From Lingula anatina (taxonomy: Eukaryota > Animalia > Brachiopoda), in NCBI GenBank assembly GCA_051362555.1, contig CM120648.1:17232587-17296586 (forward strand): DNA of 64,000 nt, in the 5' to 3' direction. Below, one piece after another: positions 27,095 to 40,100 of this stretch. The notes below the pieces were generated by a model, which saw only the letters and a program-made list of their open reading frames with translations, had not been told where the DNA came from and made no database searches. The position numbers and the translations under genes are program-made. Positions within the stretch are counted from its first letter, which is position 1. The number at the start of each line of letters is the position of its first letter.

Positions 27095-27170
27095 GTCTTG
27101 ATCACATGATGTGATCACATGATGTCTTGGTCACATGATGTGATCACATGATGTCTTGGTCACGTGACTG
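27095..27170. repeat. 29-bp tandem repeat built from TCACATGA E-box units
   Basis: GTCTTG(A/G)TCACATGATGTGATCACATGAT x2, followed by GTCTTGGTCACGTGAC. Confidence 0.9.
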
Positions 27171-28559
27171 CCCTGCTTATGTGTCAGCCGGAGTTTGGTT
27201 GTGAGTTTGAAACGAGGTGTTTGTAGAGAAGGTTTGTTTTTAGAAATGCCACTGTTGCAAAAGAGACCGCGAACCCCGTATTTTACAGAAACTAATAGCT
27301 ATATGTATAATGTAGTCTAACCAGAAGATTCCAACTGGATTTGCCCTGCAGTGAACTGCATTTGAATTGTACCCTCCATTGTCCAAGAAATCCCCCATAC
27401 GAACCTCAACGTCTCTTTTACTTAAAAAAGAGACCTACATTTTGCTGCCTGCCGTGACCAACGGCTTGTCAAATGTGTGAAAATGATTGCACATGGAATA
27501 ATCACCAAAAAAGCTGCGTTCCGATGGACCAATGGCTGAAATCCTTATCCAATTGACAATTGGATTTTAGGCTAAATTTAAACAACAATGCTAATAATAA
27601 TAATAATTATAATTATAATATTGTGATAGCATTCGTTTGACTTAAGAGCAGCATATAACAACGCCTCTGGAACTTAGTAATACATTGTTATAAAGTCTTC
27701 TTTGCCGAACATTCCATTCTGTACATAAAGTATATATTAGGTATTGATTTGATCGATTTGCTATTCATGTTGCTGCCTGGTTGTCGGATGTTTGGCAAAC
27801 AAACGCGTGGAATAGGACGCCGCGATGGAAACTCGTTTTCCCAGAAACATCGCCGATTATGCAAACACCGGAAAGTAAATGATAAAAGCCTATCAGAGAC
27901 AGAGTGGTGAAAAAAAACTTTCTCTGTACACAGTATTTACTGAGCTCTTTTTACAATTGACATTTAGATTTCCTCATCTACCTACACGACAACTGAAAAG
28001 AGCTCATGTTCAAATATAAAGCGTGTGCATTGAAGCGTATAACAGATATTTGCATGGCAACCCCAGGAGGACATATTGAATCAATGGTGATTAAGAGGCC
28101 ATCCTTCTGATTCATTTGCAACGATCTTACTTTCTTATGCTAATGGCTGGCAATTAATTTGCAATCCAACACCTGTTTTGGTAACACGAAACTATTTGTA
28201 TCTTTGAGGTTCATTTAACCCGGGTTAATTGCTTTCATAGAAATGTAACAGTCTCCATGTCGTCTGCCGGCATCGCAGCTTGTTCACGTCGCCATGAATT
28301 TGAACGTCCGGTATAAATTGCCGGGAAAACGACCTTTCTTTTTTTCTCACATTTTCTGGATAAAGCATCTTACCCATGTTATTGATCTTGAAAGAAAAAA
28401 ATCCAATTATACGTATATATAACATGGGTAGATAAGTGGCCAATTGACTCAATAATTGCTATAGAAATACATAGGTGTGCCGTCAATTCATGAAGTATTT
28501 TGATGAAATGGTGACATTACAAGAGGACACTTTAAGGTAACATTCATAGTTGCAAAGTA

Positions 28560-28793
28560 CACACACTGGACAATAGAAGTGTCACCCCTACTGAACCAAT
28601 ACTTTGGGGGAGATAAATGACTCTGGCAAGTTAACATCAAATTACGCAAAAAGACCAACAATACAATTCCATGGTACAGCGGTTTTATGCTCATTAGTCA
28701 CATTATAAGTAGACCAAGCATTGTAACTACTCAAGATCTACCTACTTTGATTTCTCTGATTCAGGGGGTAACACTTCTATTGTCCATTGTGTG
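28560..28793. mobile_element. 234-bp MITE with TA TSD (Tc1/mariner-type), copy 1
   Basis: TA|CACACACTGGACAATAGAAGTGTCACCCC ... GGGGTAACACTTCTATTGTCCATTGTGTG|TA; 29-bp TIR with 2 mismatches. Confidence 0.85.
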
Positions 28794-29196
28794 TAGTTAA
28801 TTATTACTATTATTGTTGTTGTTGTTATGTTTGCTGATGTTAACCTATTTTTGGACGAGGAGAGATTACCAAACCAACCGTATAGAAGAAACGCTAATGG
28901 AACATTTAAGTTTAAAAACCCAGCTACATTATGAATGTTACTTGGGGCCAATATTAGCATTGGGTTACCGAGCTATCAGACACTCCGGCGTTGTTTCAAT
29001 GACTTTTAGCTGTTGGGTGGTCGATTATCACCTTGTTGCCTTAATGTACTGGCTGTTAATTTGGTTTGTTTTGTTACTGTAATCTATTCAAGGTAAAAGG
29101 GGGGAAACAGCGCTCGTCTCACCTTGTTGGTCATGGAAGTGCAGGGAAACACCTTGAAGTGTGTGTTATTTTCCAATAACTCCTTAACAGTGGGGT

Positions 29197-29371
29197 GCAG
29201 TGTGACATGTATGTTAAAGTCTTAAGAATGGAAGTCCGGGCTCCCATATGATTAGTACAGGTTAGGGCTAGTTGGAATATTGGGGTTAGTATATGGGACG
29301 AAATGTCACCTGTACACAGTAATGGGAAGCGGACTAGGGTTCCAAGCGGACTAACATTCCTGTCACACTGC
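29197..29371. mobile_element. About 175-bp foldback MITE with central GTTAGGG motif
   Basis: TIR GCAGTGTGACA...TGTCACACTGC; internal inverted motifs (AGTCC/GGACT, GTACAGG/CCTGTAC); aligns end to end with 33479-33648. Confidence 0.75.
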
Positions 29372-30021
29372 TTGACTTTTAAGCATTGTCCTTCATTAAA
29401 GCGAGCCATATGTATACAAATGAAGCCAAGTTGCAAACTTGGACAGGGTGAGTAAAGTACAGTAGTTAGGTGGGTGGCAAAGACCAGAATGAGCCTCAGA
29501 AGAATATAACGCTGAGACCCTAAGCCCCCCCCCCCTCCAACAATTCACGTTTTACCACGGAACGAATCTTAAAATATAATTTATAGATCAACTCAGAACT
29601 TAACCGCGTATTGGTGTGACAGGGATAGTACGAGTTAGGGTTAGTCGAAGTACAGAGAGCATGTGTACAAAGTGTACAAAGCTATCCCTGTCAAAGTATG
29701 GTCTTCTCTTTGCCTGACACGTACCCTTCGCCATGGTCTTTAAGCAGGGTGTGTCAAAACCTGGTGTCCAGCAAATGTGTGTAAAGATTTTTTTCTTGGC
29801 AACACATGGTAATTTGGGTTAGGGTCAAACTTTTAGTCATGCCACATTAGCTACCCTGAAAGCGTTGGTGCTGAAGGTTTCGACGAAGCCCATGTAGTCC
29901 CTTGGCGATACTTAGTGTTGGCTATTTACGGGTATTGTGGCTGCAGCCAGAAAATGACCACAGTTCAGAAAGTACATTTCAAAATAGATGCTCTTTGATT
30001 CACTGCTGCGATCTCCAGCTA

Positions 30022-30255
30022 CACACACTGGACAATAGAAGTGTCACCCCCTGAATCAGAGTAATCAAAGTTATTAACCTGAAGAGGCAAGAAGACTGTC
30101 AGAATATCGATACAGTTGAATTATTCAGTCAGAGCCGTTTCTTTTGTGAAATTTGATGGTAATAAAATGATACCAGGAGCATGTCATTCCAGAGTCATTT
30201 ATCTCCCCCCAAGTATTGGTTCAGTAGGGGTGACACTTCTATTGTCCAGTGTGTG
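30022..30255. mobile_element. 234-bp MITE, copy 2, inverted relative to copy 1
   Basis: Perfect 29-bp TIR CACACACTGGACAATAGAAGTGTCACCCC. Left flank is TA, right flank GA. Subterminal sequences are shared with copy 1. Confidence 0.85.
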
Positions 30256-33200
30256 GACACTTGGTACTCACCGCCGACAGGGACATGATACTAGTACACA
30301 TGTATATTTACTTTTGACTTTTTTATTTACTTTATTTTTTTAAAGATAATGATGGCTGATATTTAATGATCATTTATAGAAGTTGCAAAATTGCACACAG
30401 TAGATTCCACGTTACTTTCCACCTTACAAGTGGAATGTCGCTAATGGAGAACTTCTGGAGACGACGTTTTTCATTGGAACATACCAGTATAGCCTATATT
30501 ATAACTAATATCATTGAATATCATTGAATAACGGTCTCTCTCTCTCTCTCTCTCTCTCCCTCTCTCTCTCATGACGATTGTCACGAGATGGCACGCGTCT
30601 TTGTGTAGATATTGAATCCAATACAACTGACAGACAATTGTAGCAGCGTTGGTCATTTGGACGCTGTTTTTAGCTCTTTAGACCACTGTTGCAATGGTTT
30701 GGTAAATTTTGACTTGCAGGCGTATTATTATCACCATATGTTCTATTGAATAAAAGACGACCACATCCTTGATTATCCATCACCGTTTCCAGAATGCCAT
30801 GACATTTATGGATTTTTTGCAATTTCTGGGAACGGTGGGGTATTCAGTAATAATCATAACACTCACGCCATGGGAGGACGGCCCGCAAGCCGGTGTGATT
30901 TGAAAACAAATCAGGATTGAAGGTCCATATAGCCTTGTGCTCGCCGAGGGATTCTGTTTTGATTAAGGATCAAAAGATAGCTGAGGAAAATTGACAAATA
31001 ATTCGATCCTTGTTGATCCTTTTTCGCAGAAGCTGTATGATGTTGTCTGAAGTGCACGCCTCCTGCTCGTGTGTTGAGATATCTTCTGATTTGCTGTATT
31101 AGAACACTGTTGGTTTATGCCAACAAAATGTAGCAAACCTGGAAGTGCTACTAATCTTACAATATTATGCTATACTCTGTTGTCAGAAGTAATTTTGGAA
31201 GTATGACGTATGCCAGCCTCCTTTGGCGGATTTATACTTCTTATGTGGATAAAAAAAGTCCAGAAAATTACTCGATGTGGAGCTTCCAAGCAGTGCGTCG
31301 GTCACTTAGGGGAAATATTTTCCTACTTTAAAAGCTTTCTCTAATCCTATCTTCACTAACCCTTCCCCTGGATCTGATAACACTAATGATACATTTAGTG
31401 CAGGGAAATTTATTTGCAGGCAAGCTTTACGTTAAGCAGAAAAAAAAGCTTACGTATTAGCGCTGATGGTGAATGTAATTAATATATCGTAATCCAGTGT
31501 TCTCTAACTTATCTGAACCCGTACATCGTGGAATAAAGAGGAGAGACCGATCTATATCTTGTAAATGGTCCAGATTGCATCAGAATGAATTTTGCGAATT
31601 CGCCAATGAAGAGAAACCACTGCCTAATAACCCGTATTTAGTCTCGCGCAGACGCAGGCATTTAAAATAAATTAATAAAAATAAATAAATAAATAAAAAT
31701 ACAGGCCTTGCCTTAGCTAAACGTACCCCTCCCCACAGACGCCCCATGGGTTCATACTGTATGCCTGAGTCAGGGTGTGGTCTCAGCCTACTGGCGCACA
31801 ATATTTCAGTCAAATATCTGGCTCGGCGGACACAGGCAGTGCACTTATCGTTCTCTGTCCTTAGTCTTTATTTAATTTGATTGCCGAACAACGCTTCTAC
31901 GTGCACGCGTGCCATTACACTGAGCGGAAAATGAAGTCAAAGTAATAGTGTTTCCCCGCTGATTAATAATAATCGAAGGTTAAAATTGAAAGCACTTCCA
32001 GTCAGCGACATAGGAATGATATCGCACATGGGTCAGAGACTAGGACACAATAGGGACATTTTACCCAAGACTCAACGCAAGTTCAAAGGTTTAAGTTCGC
32101 ACTTGTTTCTGCGTAGGGGTGCATCGCTTACATTACCAAGTACGAACCCGACAACATCAGTGGTCGTTAGTGTGTTGTTTGACATGGGTAAAATAATTCA
32201 TTCCGGTTACAACGTGTTGTCTCCCTTTTCACGTGACATCAGGCCCTAAGTTCACATTTACAGTTATTTAAACACATAAAGAGCAAAAGTGCACTTTAGT
32301 CTTGCGGTCCAGACGAGATGGATGTCACTTTCAGTGGCTGAAGAAAATATGATCACGCCACTTCCAGGTGCTATTAGACCACTCGGGTAAACTGTCATTG
32401 CCCATTATTTTTCAATCCCTCGTCGCTGTTAAAATTGCCTCAGATGGGTCGCGTGGGTGGACTTGGATGTCTTAAGGGAGAACGCTGCGTTCCATCTTTG
32501 TAATTGCTCTGGTTAGGAAGGATTACAACACGGCGTGTGTCCTCACTAATGGCGGTTGCCATGGAAGTGTCTCTTCCATTTACAGCAGGCTGTACAGCAC
32601 GCAGATACCTAGGGGGCGGAGAGCACGTGGAAGATGCAGATATAAATTTTTATTTCTCTTAATATCAATAAAATGATGTGGTCCGTCAGAATTGTATGAG
32701 AAAAACAATAATTTGAGTTATGCGAAATCTATAACAAAGAAGTGATCGGTTTTCAAATATCAGAAACGAATATTAGTTATAATTGTTATTATAATTTTCC
32801 AATGTGTCGTTAGGATTTAGATTATTTACATTTAAATTTACTATTTCTGTTGATGAAGAGGTTCGAAGGGGTCGCTGTAGTTCACATTATTCAAGAAAAG
32901 TGGCCAAGCCTTTGCAAGTAGCTTTAAATCTATTATATGTTAACACGCTGACTACATTTTGACCTCTTCTCCACTCTTAGAGCAAATAATCACATCAGCG
33001 TTCCATATTGTCTAGAGATATAGGGTTGTCTTGGAAGCAGGCAAATGTTAACTTAATAAAGTATGGTGCTAGCTGACCTAACGGGACTGAACGGTCGTAT
33101 TCTAAATATAAGTCTCTTTGTTACATATGAAACAGATAGTTGGAGGAGTTAAATACGATTCGCTTTGTTACTCTTAAATATACTCTAATCCTAAGACTTA

Positions 33201-33478
33201 AACTATTGAATCTTGAAAGAAATCAAATAAAGTATTGGAATATGACAGCCGTTGGAAATTTCTGAATATTAACCGTATATATCTGAGAGCTTCTTCCCAA
33301 TTAAAATTAGTGTTGAGCAGAATACAGATAAGCTGCTGATTATACGAGCACGTTAGAAACAGGAGGAGGCGTGTTAATCTATAGCATTCAGTGAGAGTCC
33401 CCGCTGGGGTGGATTGCTCTCCATAGAACGACAGTTCCAATGGGAATGGGCCCTTAGTCTAAAGGTCACTGTGGGTTA

Positions 33479-33648
33479 GCGGTGTGACAGGAATTGTAGT
33501 CCTAGGAATGGAAGTCCAGGTTCCCATATGATTAGTACAGGTTAGGGTTAGTCCGAGTATTGGAGTAAGTATAATGGATAATGGTCGCCTGTACAAAGTA
33601 ATGGAGAACGGACTACGGTTCCTAGCGGACTACCTTTCCGTCACACCC
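33479..33648. mobile_element. Second copy of the GTTAGGGTTAG foldback MITE family
   Basis: GGTGTGAC...GTCACACC termini; shares TCCCATATGATTAGTACAGGTTAGGG exactly with 29197-29371. Confidence 0.75.
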
Positions 33649-34179
33649 TGACGTCTGGTGGTGTATGTACTCCCTGTATCTGGTAAAAGGCTTGCAGTGA
33701 GGTACAAGTGGGACTAGACTCTGTATACCTTCAGGAATTGCCAGACTAAGTACTGTGTCTGAGAAAATCTTCCTTATGTGTACTTTGAAAGTTCAATGTT
33801 TAGCAATGTGCAGCTAGGCATAAAATGCATTTCCCTAAAAAAGAAACACAAGCTATAAGTGCCATCAGCGGAAGATCGTGATTGACTCCTACCTTGGTTT
33901 CGAACCAACTTTCCCATTTTCTGACATAGATTTAATTCGATTTAGAAGTAGAAATAGACATTATTGTCGGACCAAATGTAATTCCCATTTCCTGCTTTCC
34001 ATCTTTCCTTTATTCATGCGTTGATAACTTATGTTCAGAGAACACAAGGTAGCGATGTTTGGAGGTATTAAGTGTTTGAAGATATTACAGCGGATGTCTG
34101 ACTGTCTCAGAGGAGCACTAATCAAAGCCAGGTGTTACAAAGAGCGGCGGCAGTAGGGTTTATTAATTAATTAATTAAT

Positions 34180-34218
<39 letters not shown>

Positions 34219-34987
34219 TTATTTATTTATCGTTTGCTTCTTCCTTACATTGTTATCAACATTAATGGATTTTACAGAAGAAAAATGGCAATGGTCTTTG
34301 GCAATGTCACCTCACGTGTCGGAGTCGTGTGTCAGTTCCAAGTATAAGTGTCATGTGTCCCTTGTCACGTGTCAGTGTCCCGCGTCAGTGTCACGTGTCA
34401 GTTCCAAGTATCAGTGTCAAGTGTCAGTGTAACGTCATGTGTCATTTGTCAGAGTCGTGTGGACCCACACGTCTTTCACTTCCACAAAGTGTTCGCATCT
34501 TTACATAACCCGAATGGATTCGACTCGGGGTCTGCCTGTATTCTATGACGCTTTCCTATTCTGACATAATCTGGACGTAATTTATTTGTCTGCTGACTTA
34601 TGGTATATTAGAATGCACATGTAAGTCTGGAACAAGAGAACGAAAAAATAGATAGTGTAGCCATTTTGAAACATGGCTGGCAAGGGTATTCTTATACATA
34701 TTGATGGTCCTGTGCTCTGTCAATCTAAATCTCGGTGTAGTTATTTTGCCTTCATTTATGCAAGCGGTGCCCGTGTGACCGACTGTGCATTAAAAAAGAC
34801 CAACATTCGCCACTTATCCGGTGTGACGACCATGCTGGCTTTCCTACAAAATGTGACACAATTATGAAACTGTGAAATATACTTAAAGCAGGTGTAATTT
34901 GACTGTGAAGGTGGTTGAGTCTAAATGTACCTGATATTTTTTTCATTTTGGTCATTGTATTACGCTATAATAAATGGTACTCTACAG

Positions 34988-35235
34988 TGCCCAGTTTCAT
35001 CAACACTGGATAGCGCTATCCTGTTGATAACACTTTCCTTAGGATAAAATTCTTATCCTCTGGACAGTTATCCTGAGGATAGCAGCCTTTATTAACCACT
35101 GGAAAGCAATATCAGATACAAAAATAAGTATCTAGTGTTTAGTTAACATTACTTTACCCACAAGATAACACATTTATCTAATGAATAGTGTTATCCAGAG
35201 GAAGACGCTATCCAGTGTTGATGAAACTGGACCCA
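34988..35235. mobile_element. PIF/Harbinger-like MITE (~250 bp)
   Basis: Perfect 25-bp inverted core CCAGTTTCATCAACACTGGATAGCG, internal GGATA/TATCC repeats, flanked by CAG...CAG (possible 3-bp TSD). Confidence 0.72.
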
Positions 35236-35696
35236 CAGAAGTCTAAGAAATTCATACTCCAAGTGTTTTTTTTTTTTTTGTACTGTAAAATCAAAGTCGA
35301 CTTAACACTCGTGAGCGTACACACACACTCGCACACGCGCGCCAACACACATTTTCGATAAGACGAACAGGCATACATTTCTAAAAATATCTCTGGTACC
35401 TCGTGATGCAGCGATGATAAACAATTTCGAGTTGGATTTATATTTTAAATATACTTTATGATATAATAATGCACTATAATCACGACATAATTTACCCTGG
35501 GAGCTATTATGTATAATTTACACTGCAGATTGAGTTCAAGTTGAAATTACGGATTCATATCCGCCTCAGATTATTGCTGTATTTCACAGATTGTTTCTTG
35601 CGCTATAATGCCTGTGAGCATGTTACTGTGTTCTCTCCAAAGAACGATAATTCGCGAAAAAGTATGTCTGTTTGTCCGTCTTGTCGTCTGTCTGAA

Positions 35697-35803
35697 TCTC
35701 TCTCTCATTCTCTCTCTCATTCTCTCTCTGTCTCTCTCTCATTCTCTCTCATTCTCTCTCTCTCTCTCTCTCTCTCATTCTCTCTCTCTCTCTCTTTCTC
35801 TCT
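35697..35803. repeat. (CT)n tract with CATT interruptions
   Basis: Read directly. Confidence 0.9.
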
Positions 35804-37018
35804 TCCCATCGCCCCTTAACCTTTTAGTAAGAATGAAATGTGCGTGACCTTTTTCTAATCGCAACAGCTCTCAATTATATAAAAACGATATGTTAAAACG
35901 GTGTGAGCCGCATGCATAAGAACCACGGTGAAATCTCTCCCGGGAAGAGGCGATAAAGAGAATGATTATAAATTGCTAACTTGGGTATTAATTGCAGACC
36001 GCCTTGTCTCGCTAGATTTTGATCGATTGATTCAACTGACAACAGCGCATCACTGTTCTATCAGGTTGCCATAAAGTAGCGAGCAATCTGGAAGTCAGCT
36101 TCATGATTCGTTTCTTTATCTATCTTCCAGTCGCTATTACGCCGGCGGGGAAGCAGCATCAGAAACCAGAGCAAATCGGCAGCGGAGTTCTCACTGCGAT
36201 GACTTAGCCAGCGGCGGTTTCAGAGACAGGTCTCGCGCCGAAGGTGCCTATAATCTCGACGTGACACTTTGTATTACAAGCCATTAGGAATACGGCAAGG
36301 ATTAACGACTTCGGGAAAAGCTATTCTTGTCACAGTTGCAAGGACTTCAAGGTAAAGTGGGAAGGAAAAGCTCTTAATATTTGTTTCATACAAAGTGAAA
36401 TAGGCATAAAATAAATATTTTTGATTTAGCAGGATAATATATACTATTAGTAAGTGTAAGGTCAGGTGTTCGTGTCGAACCAGGTGATCATTAATTAGAT
36501 TTCCCATATAAAGTATCCAGGTGGTACTTAATGCAATGTTAGTACTGTATTAGTAGAATAACTTAACCAATGACATACCACGCTGAAAAATATACAGGCA
36601 CATACATAAAACTTTAAAAGAGGAAAAAGTAATTATGAACGCTGGACGAAGTCCGAGTACATTAACATGAACATTTGAAGAGCTGGGGGCGTTAAAGTGG
36701 TGTTTGGCTTTAAATAATTACCACAGCTGAACGGTTGTTTGTGAAATATGACATTAAAACATTTAATGTATGGGGATAACAACAAAGCATGTGGCTACTT
36801 TACACGGTTCACTTTCACTGCCCGTTATGAAGTGTTATCGATCGGCGTTGGGTATATGCTTTGATTCCCGAACGATAATCGAAGCTTTGTGATAAGTGAT
36901 GTAATTGTGTCAATGAGTTAAAATCTTAGGAGTTGTAGTTGTTAAGAAGTCCGCGAGGTACTGGAACAGGACGTCACAATAATCCCGGCCCCCTTACAAG
37001 GAGACCCCATGCCGATTG

Positions 37019-37023
37019 ACACA

Positions 37024-37101
<78 letters not shown>
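37019..37101. repeat. (CA)n(GA)n compound microsatellite
   Basis: Read directly. Confidence 0.95.
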
Positions 37102-37105
<4 letters not shown>

Positions 37106-40100
37106 CACACTTTTGGTGTTTACTAAAGAACCAAAGCGTCGTTTAGATAAACATGTCTCTGGCCCGTCACCAACGGCTGGACACTAACCGCAGGTGCCAT
37201 CTAGCGAGCGAGACTCACACTACCATTGCAATTTTACTAATCGACCGCTTGTGATTTGATCACAACCACACAGCGGTTGTTCGTCTTAAGTAAACGAGGT
37301 TTGCCCTCAGCGCGGACGCAGGGATCAATTATAATTACATATTGTGATTGAGCGGCTAATAACACCGTGCAGAGATTGCGGTTATAAAGCGAGATCATAT
37401 GAATACAAAGCAGAGCAAAGAGAAGAGGCATTCTTCACGATGCTTTTATTACCGAGAGACGGAGAATACGGAAACAAGCTGTAGATACACTGAATAAAAG
37501 AAAACTATCTCGTTTTGACAGCGTGAAGAGATTAACCTCACAATGCAATCACTGAAAGAATGATTTAACTGTAACGACCAAGTGAACAGCCAAGATCATC
37601 CTTTGCACCCTTTTTTTATCACATCAATTTGCCCTCAGTTAAGACAGTTCACACCAGTTCATTAGAGGTCCGAGGTCCACAGGGACTTAATCCACCAGAG
37701 TGTGATTGGGCTGTGAGTGGCAACATCACTATTGTAATGTAGCGGTCACTAAGGCGTATGCATATTGGAAAAAATCATTCCTGGTGCTTTTAGTTCTGCT
37801 GCGTAGTCGATGAAATAGACTGACGAGCGAGACAGAATAAACGGCTTTTCCCCGCGGCGTTGCAAATTAAATGGCAGTGTGTTTGCGCTAAAATTAAATA
37901 AACAAATGGAAAAGAGTATACTGTCGACAGGAGAGAAAAGGATTTTTTAGCAGCGATTTAGATCAAACGGCAAGGCTCTGTGGTTTGAGCAGGTTAAATA
38001 GACCCGTGGAAACGACGAGATAGATATTATAGAGATATGACTATGTATTAAAGGGCGTTTGCATCACCTTGCAGTTAGAGGGACACTGATAGATTTGGTC
38101 GACTTAAAAAAAAATAAAGTGGCAACACGGGAGAGCATGTTTGACGTTGGGGTTGTCTGAAGAATTCGTCTCCATTGGCCTGAAGCGGCACTGAATTTAC
38201 TAGTCTGCAGAACGCTGTAAAGAAGAGACACCGCAAGTTGCAGCAATATTCCTCCACCACTGTGAGAAACATGGGGAAATACAAATATTGGAGTTAACAG
38301 AGACGCATCTAGGCGAAAAACATTTTTGAAGCCGACGGATTCTCCTTGGGGACTTCTTAAGTATAGATACGTAGATACGAATAGGCTAATGGCTCCGCGC
38401 ACGACTTCATATTATAAAAAGAGCTCTCATTTCGACTGAATACCCGATTGAATAATGATGATACACATACAGATCTCATACGGGTTGGATTCATAACATG
38501 GGTGATGAACTCAGCGATTTTTTTTTTTTGCATTTCTTATCTAATGGAATAATATATGAGAACTTTGAGTAAAAATTGTCAAAACTGACGCTTCGTGTAT
38601 TCACAGTCGTTAGCTGCGTGACCACCGCGCCAGCGCACCATCATAACCTAAGAAGAGAACGCGACAGTAAAGGAAAAAAAACACTTAATTGATAAAATCC
38701 TCTGAAACCTTTCCAGATATGAACGCTGGTATCATGTTCTGTTTGTCTGTGAAAACAGGTTAACAAAGGACGCGTATCACTGATGTCACTGGCCGGGTTA
38801 TTACTGTGAATTTGATCTGTTGGCACCAGAGCGGTATACATGTACATATTGCCTGGCGGTGGCAAATTAAATGCAAGTTATTATTATAAATTAAGAGCTT
38901 CTAGAGACACGACGATCATATTTCTACAAAACTTCCGATATACATCAGGCTAGAAACAATCATGATTGTCGTGTCACGGAGTCAGGGGTTCAAGAAAATG
39001 TTCGTTCTTTGCGCAGTTAAGTGACTTAAACTGAAAAATTGACGTTACATATTTTTGTCTGTAAAAGCTTTGATTTTATGACTGAGAATTCTGTAAAGAC
39101 CGACACGACATACTCTCACCATGAAGCAATGTAGCTATTGGCTCTAATTAGGTACTGGAAAAACGTCAAAGAGCGCGCTGAAGCTCTAATAACGCGCAGA
39201 AACGCTTCCGGTCTGTCTGTACGTCAAACACGAACATCCTTTCGAGTCACGCACAGTGCTGCTGACCGCTCGCCTTGAGCAGATGACTAATGACTGTAAG
39301 TGATTCTGGAGGTGGGAATCGTTTCTCGGAAAAATATTAAAAGTGCCTCTTGGGTTTCAGAATGCAGAATTCGAAGAGCGTTCTGAATACGCATATTATG
39401 GACATTGGTTGTTCAGCTGACACGCGAAGAACTGTGGTTTATACGGATTCAGCTTGTCACAGTTAAATACAAAGAGCGGCGAATATCAGAAGACACGCTT
39501 CAAGCAGCGTTACCAAGAGACTTGTGGTAAATCATATTTCGGATAACACATCGTTTTGACATTCTGCATTCCGTGTAAGAAAAAGAAGGTTGAAAGGAAT
39601 CGGACGGTTTCACTGAAAGAAAAACATCGTTCCAGTCACCTGCCAAGAGACTGTAAACAGAAACGCTGCAGGAACCAATCACCAAGTTTTCATTGGAGGC
39701 AATAATATCATATCACAGAGTTGCCAGGAAAACTGATATAATCTCAGCTCGAAGCAACTGACTGGGTGGTACTGGGAGGCTCAGATTAAATTAGATTTAT
39801 TGTTTCATTCTTGACAAATATAAAATCGGAGAAACGCCAACCTTAAAAATTTAGAGGCGCAGCAGAGATAACGCAAGGAAGGGGGTCGTGTCGCAATACA
39901 CTTGTTCAGGTAAGAAAATAAAACCTTGAATTACGAACATGCTTTCTTCCCGGATGACATTCTTAATTTGATCTTTTTTACAGGTATATATATATATAAC
40001 TGTAAGCTTTGAAAGTTCCCGCTGTGTTTATAAACGTTTCAAATTCCAATATTAAGTATACACATTTACAATGAATTTGAGATGCGGCTGTTGTACGTGG

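Noticed and set aside
39739-39788. TAATCTCAGCT (miR-216 5' end) in a weak hairpin
   Set aside because: Only 11 nt match, about 13 of 21 positions pair, and the hairpin is short; chance is the simpler explanation.
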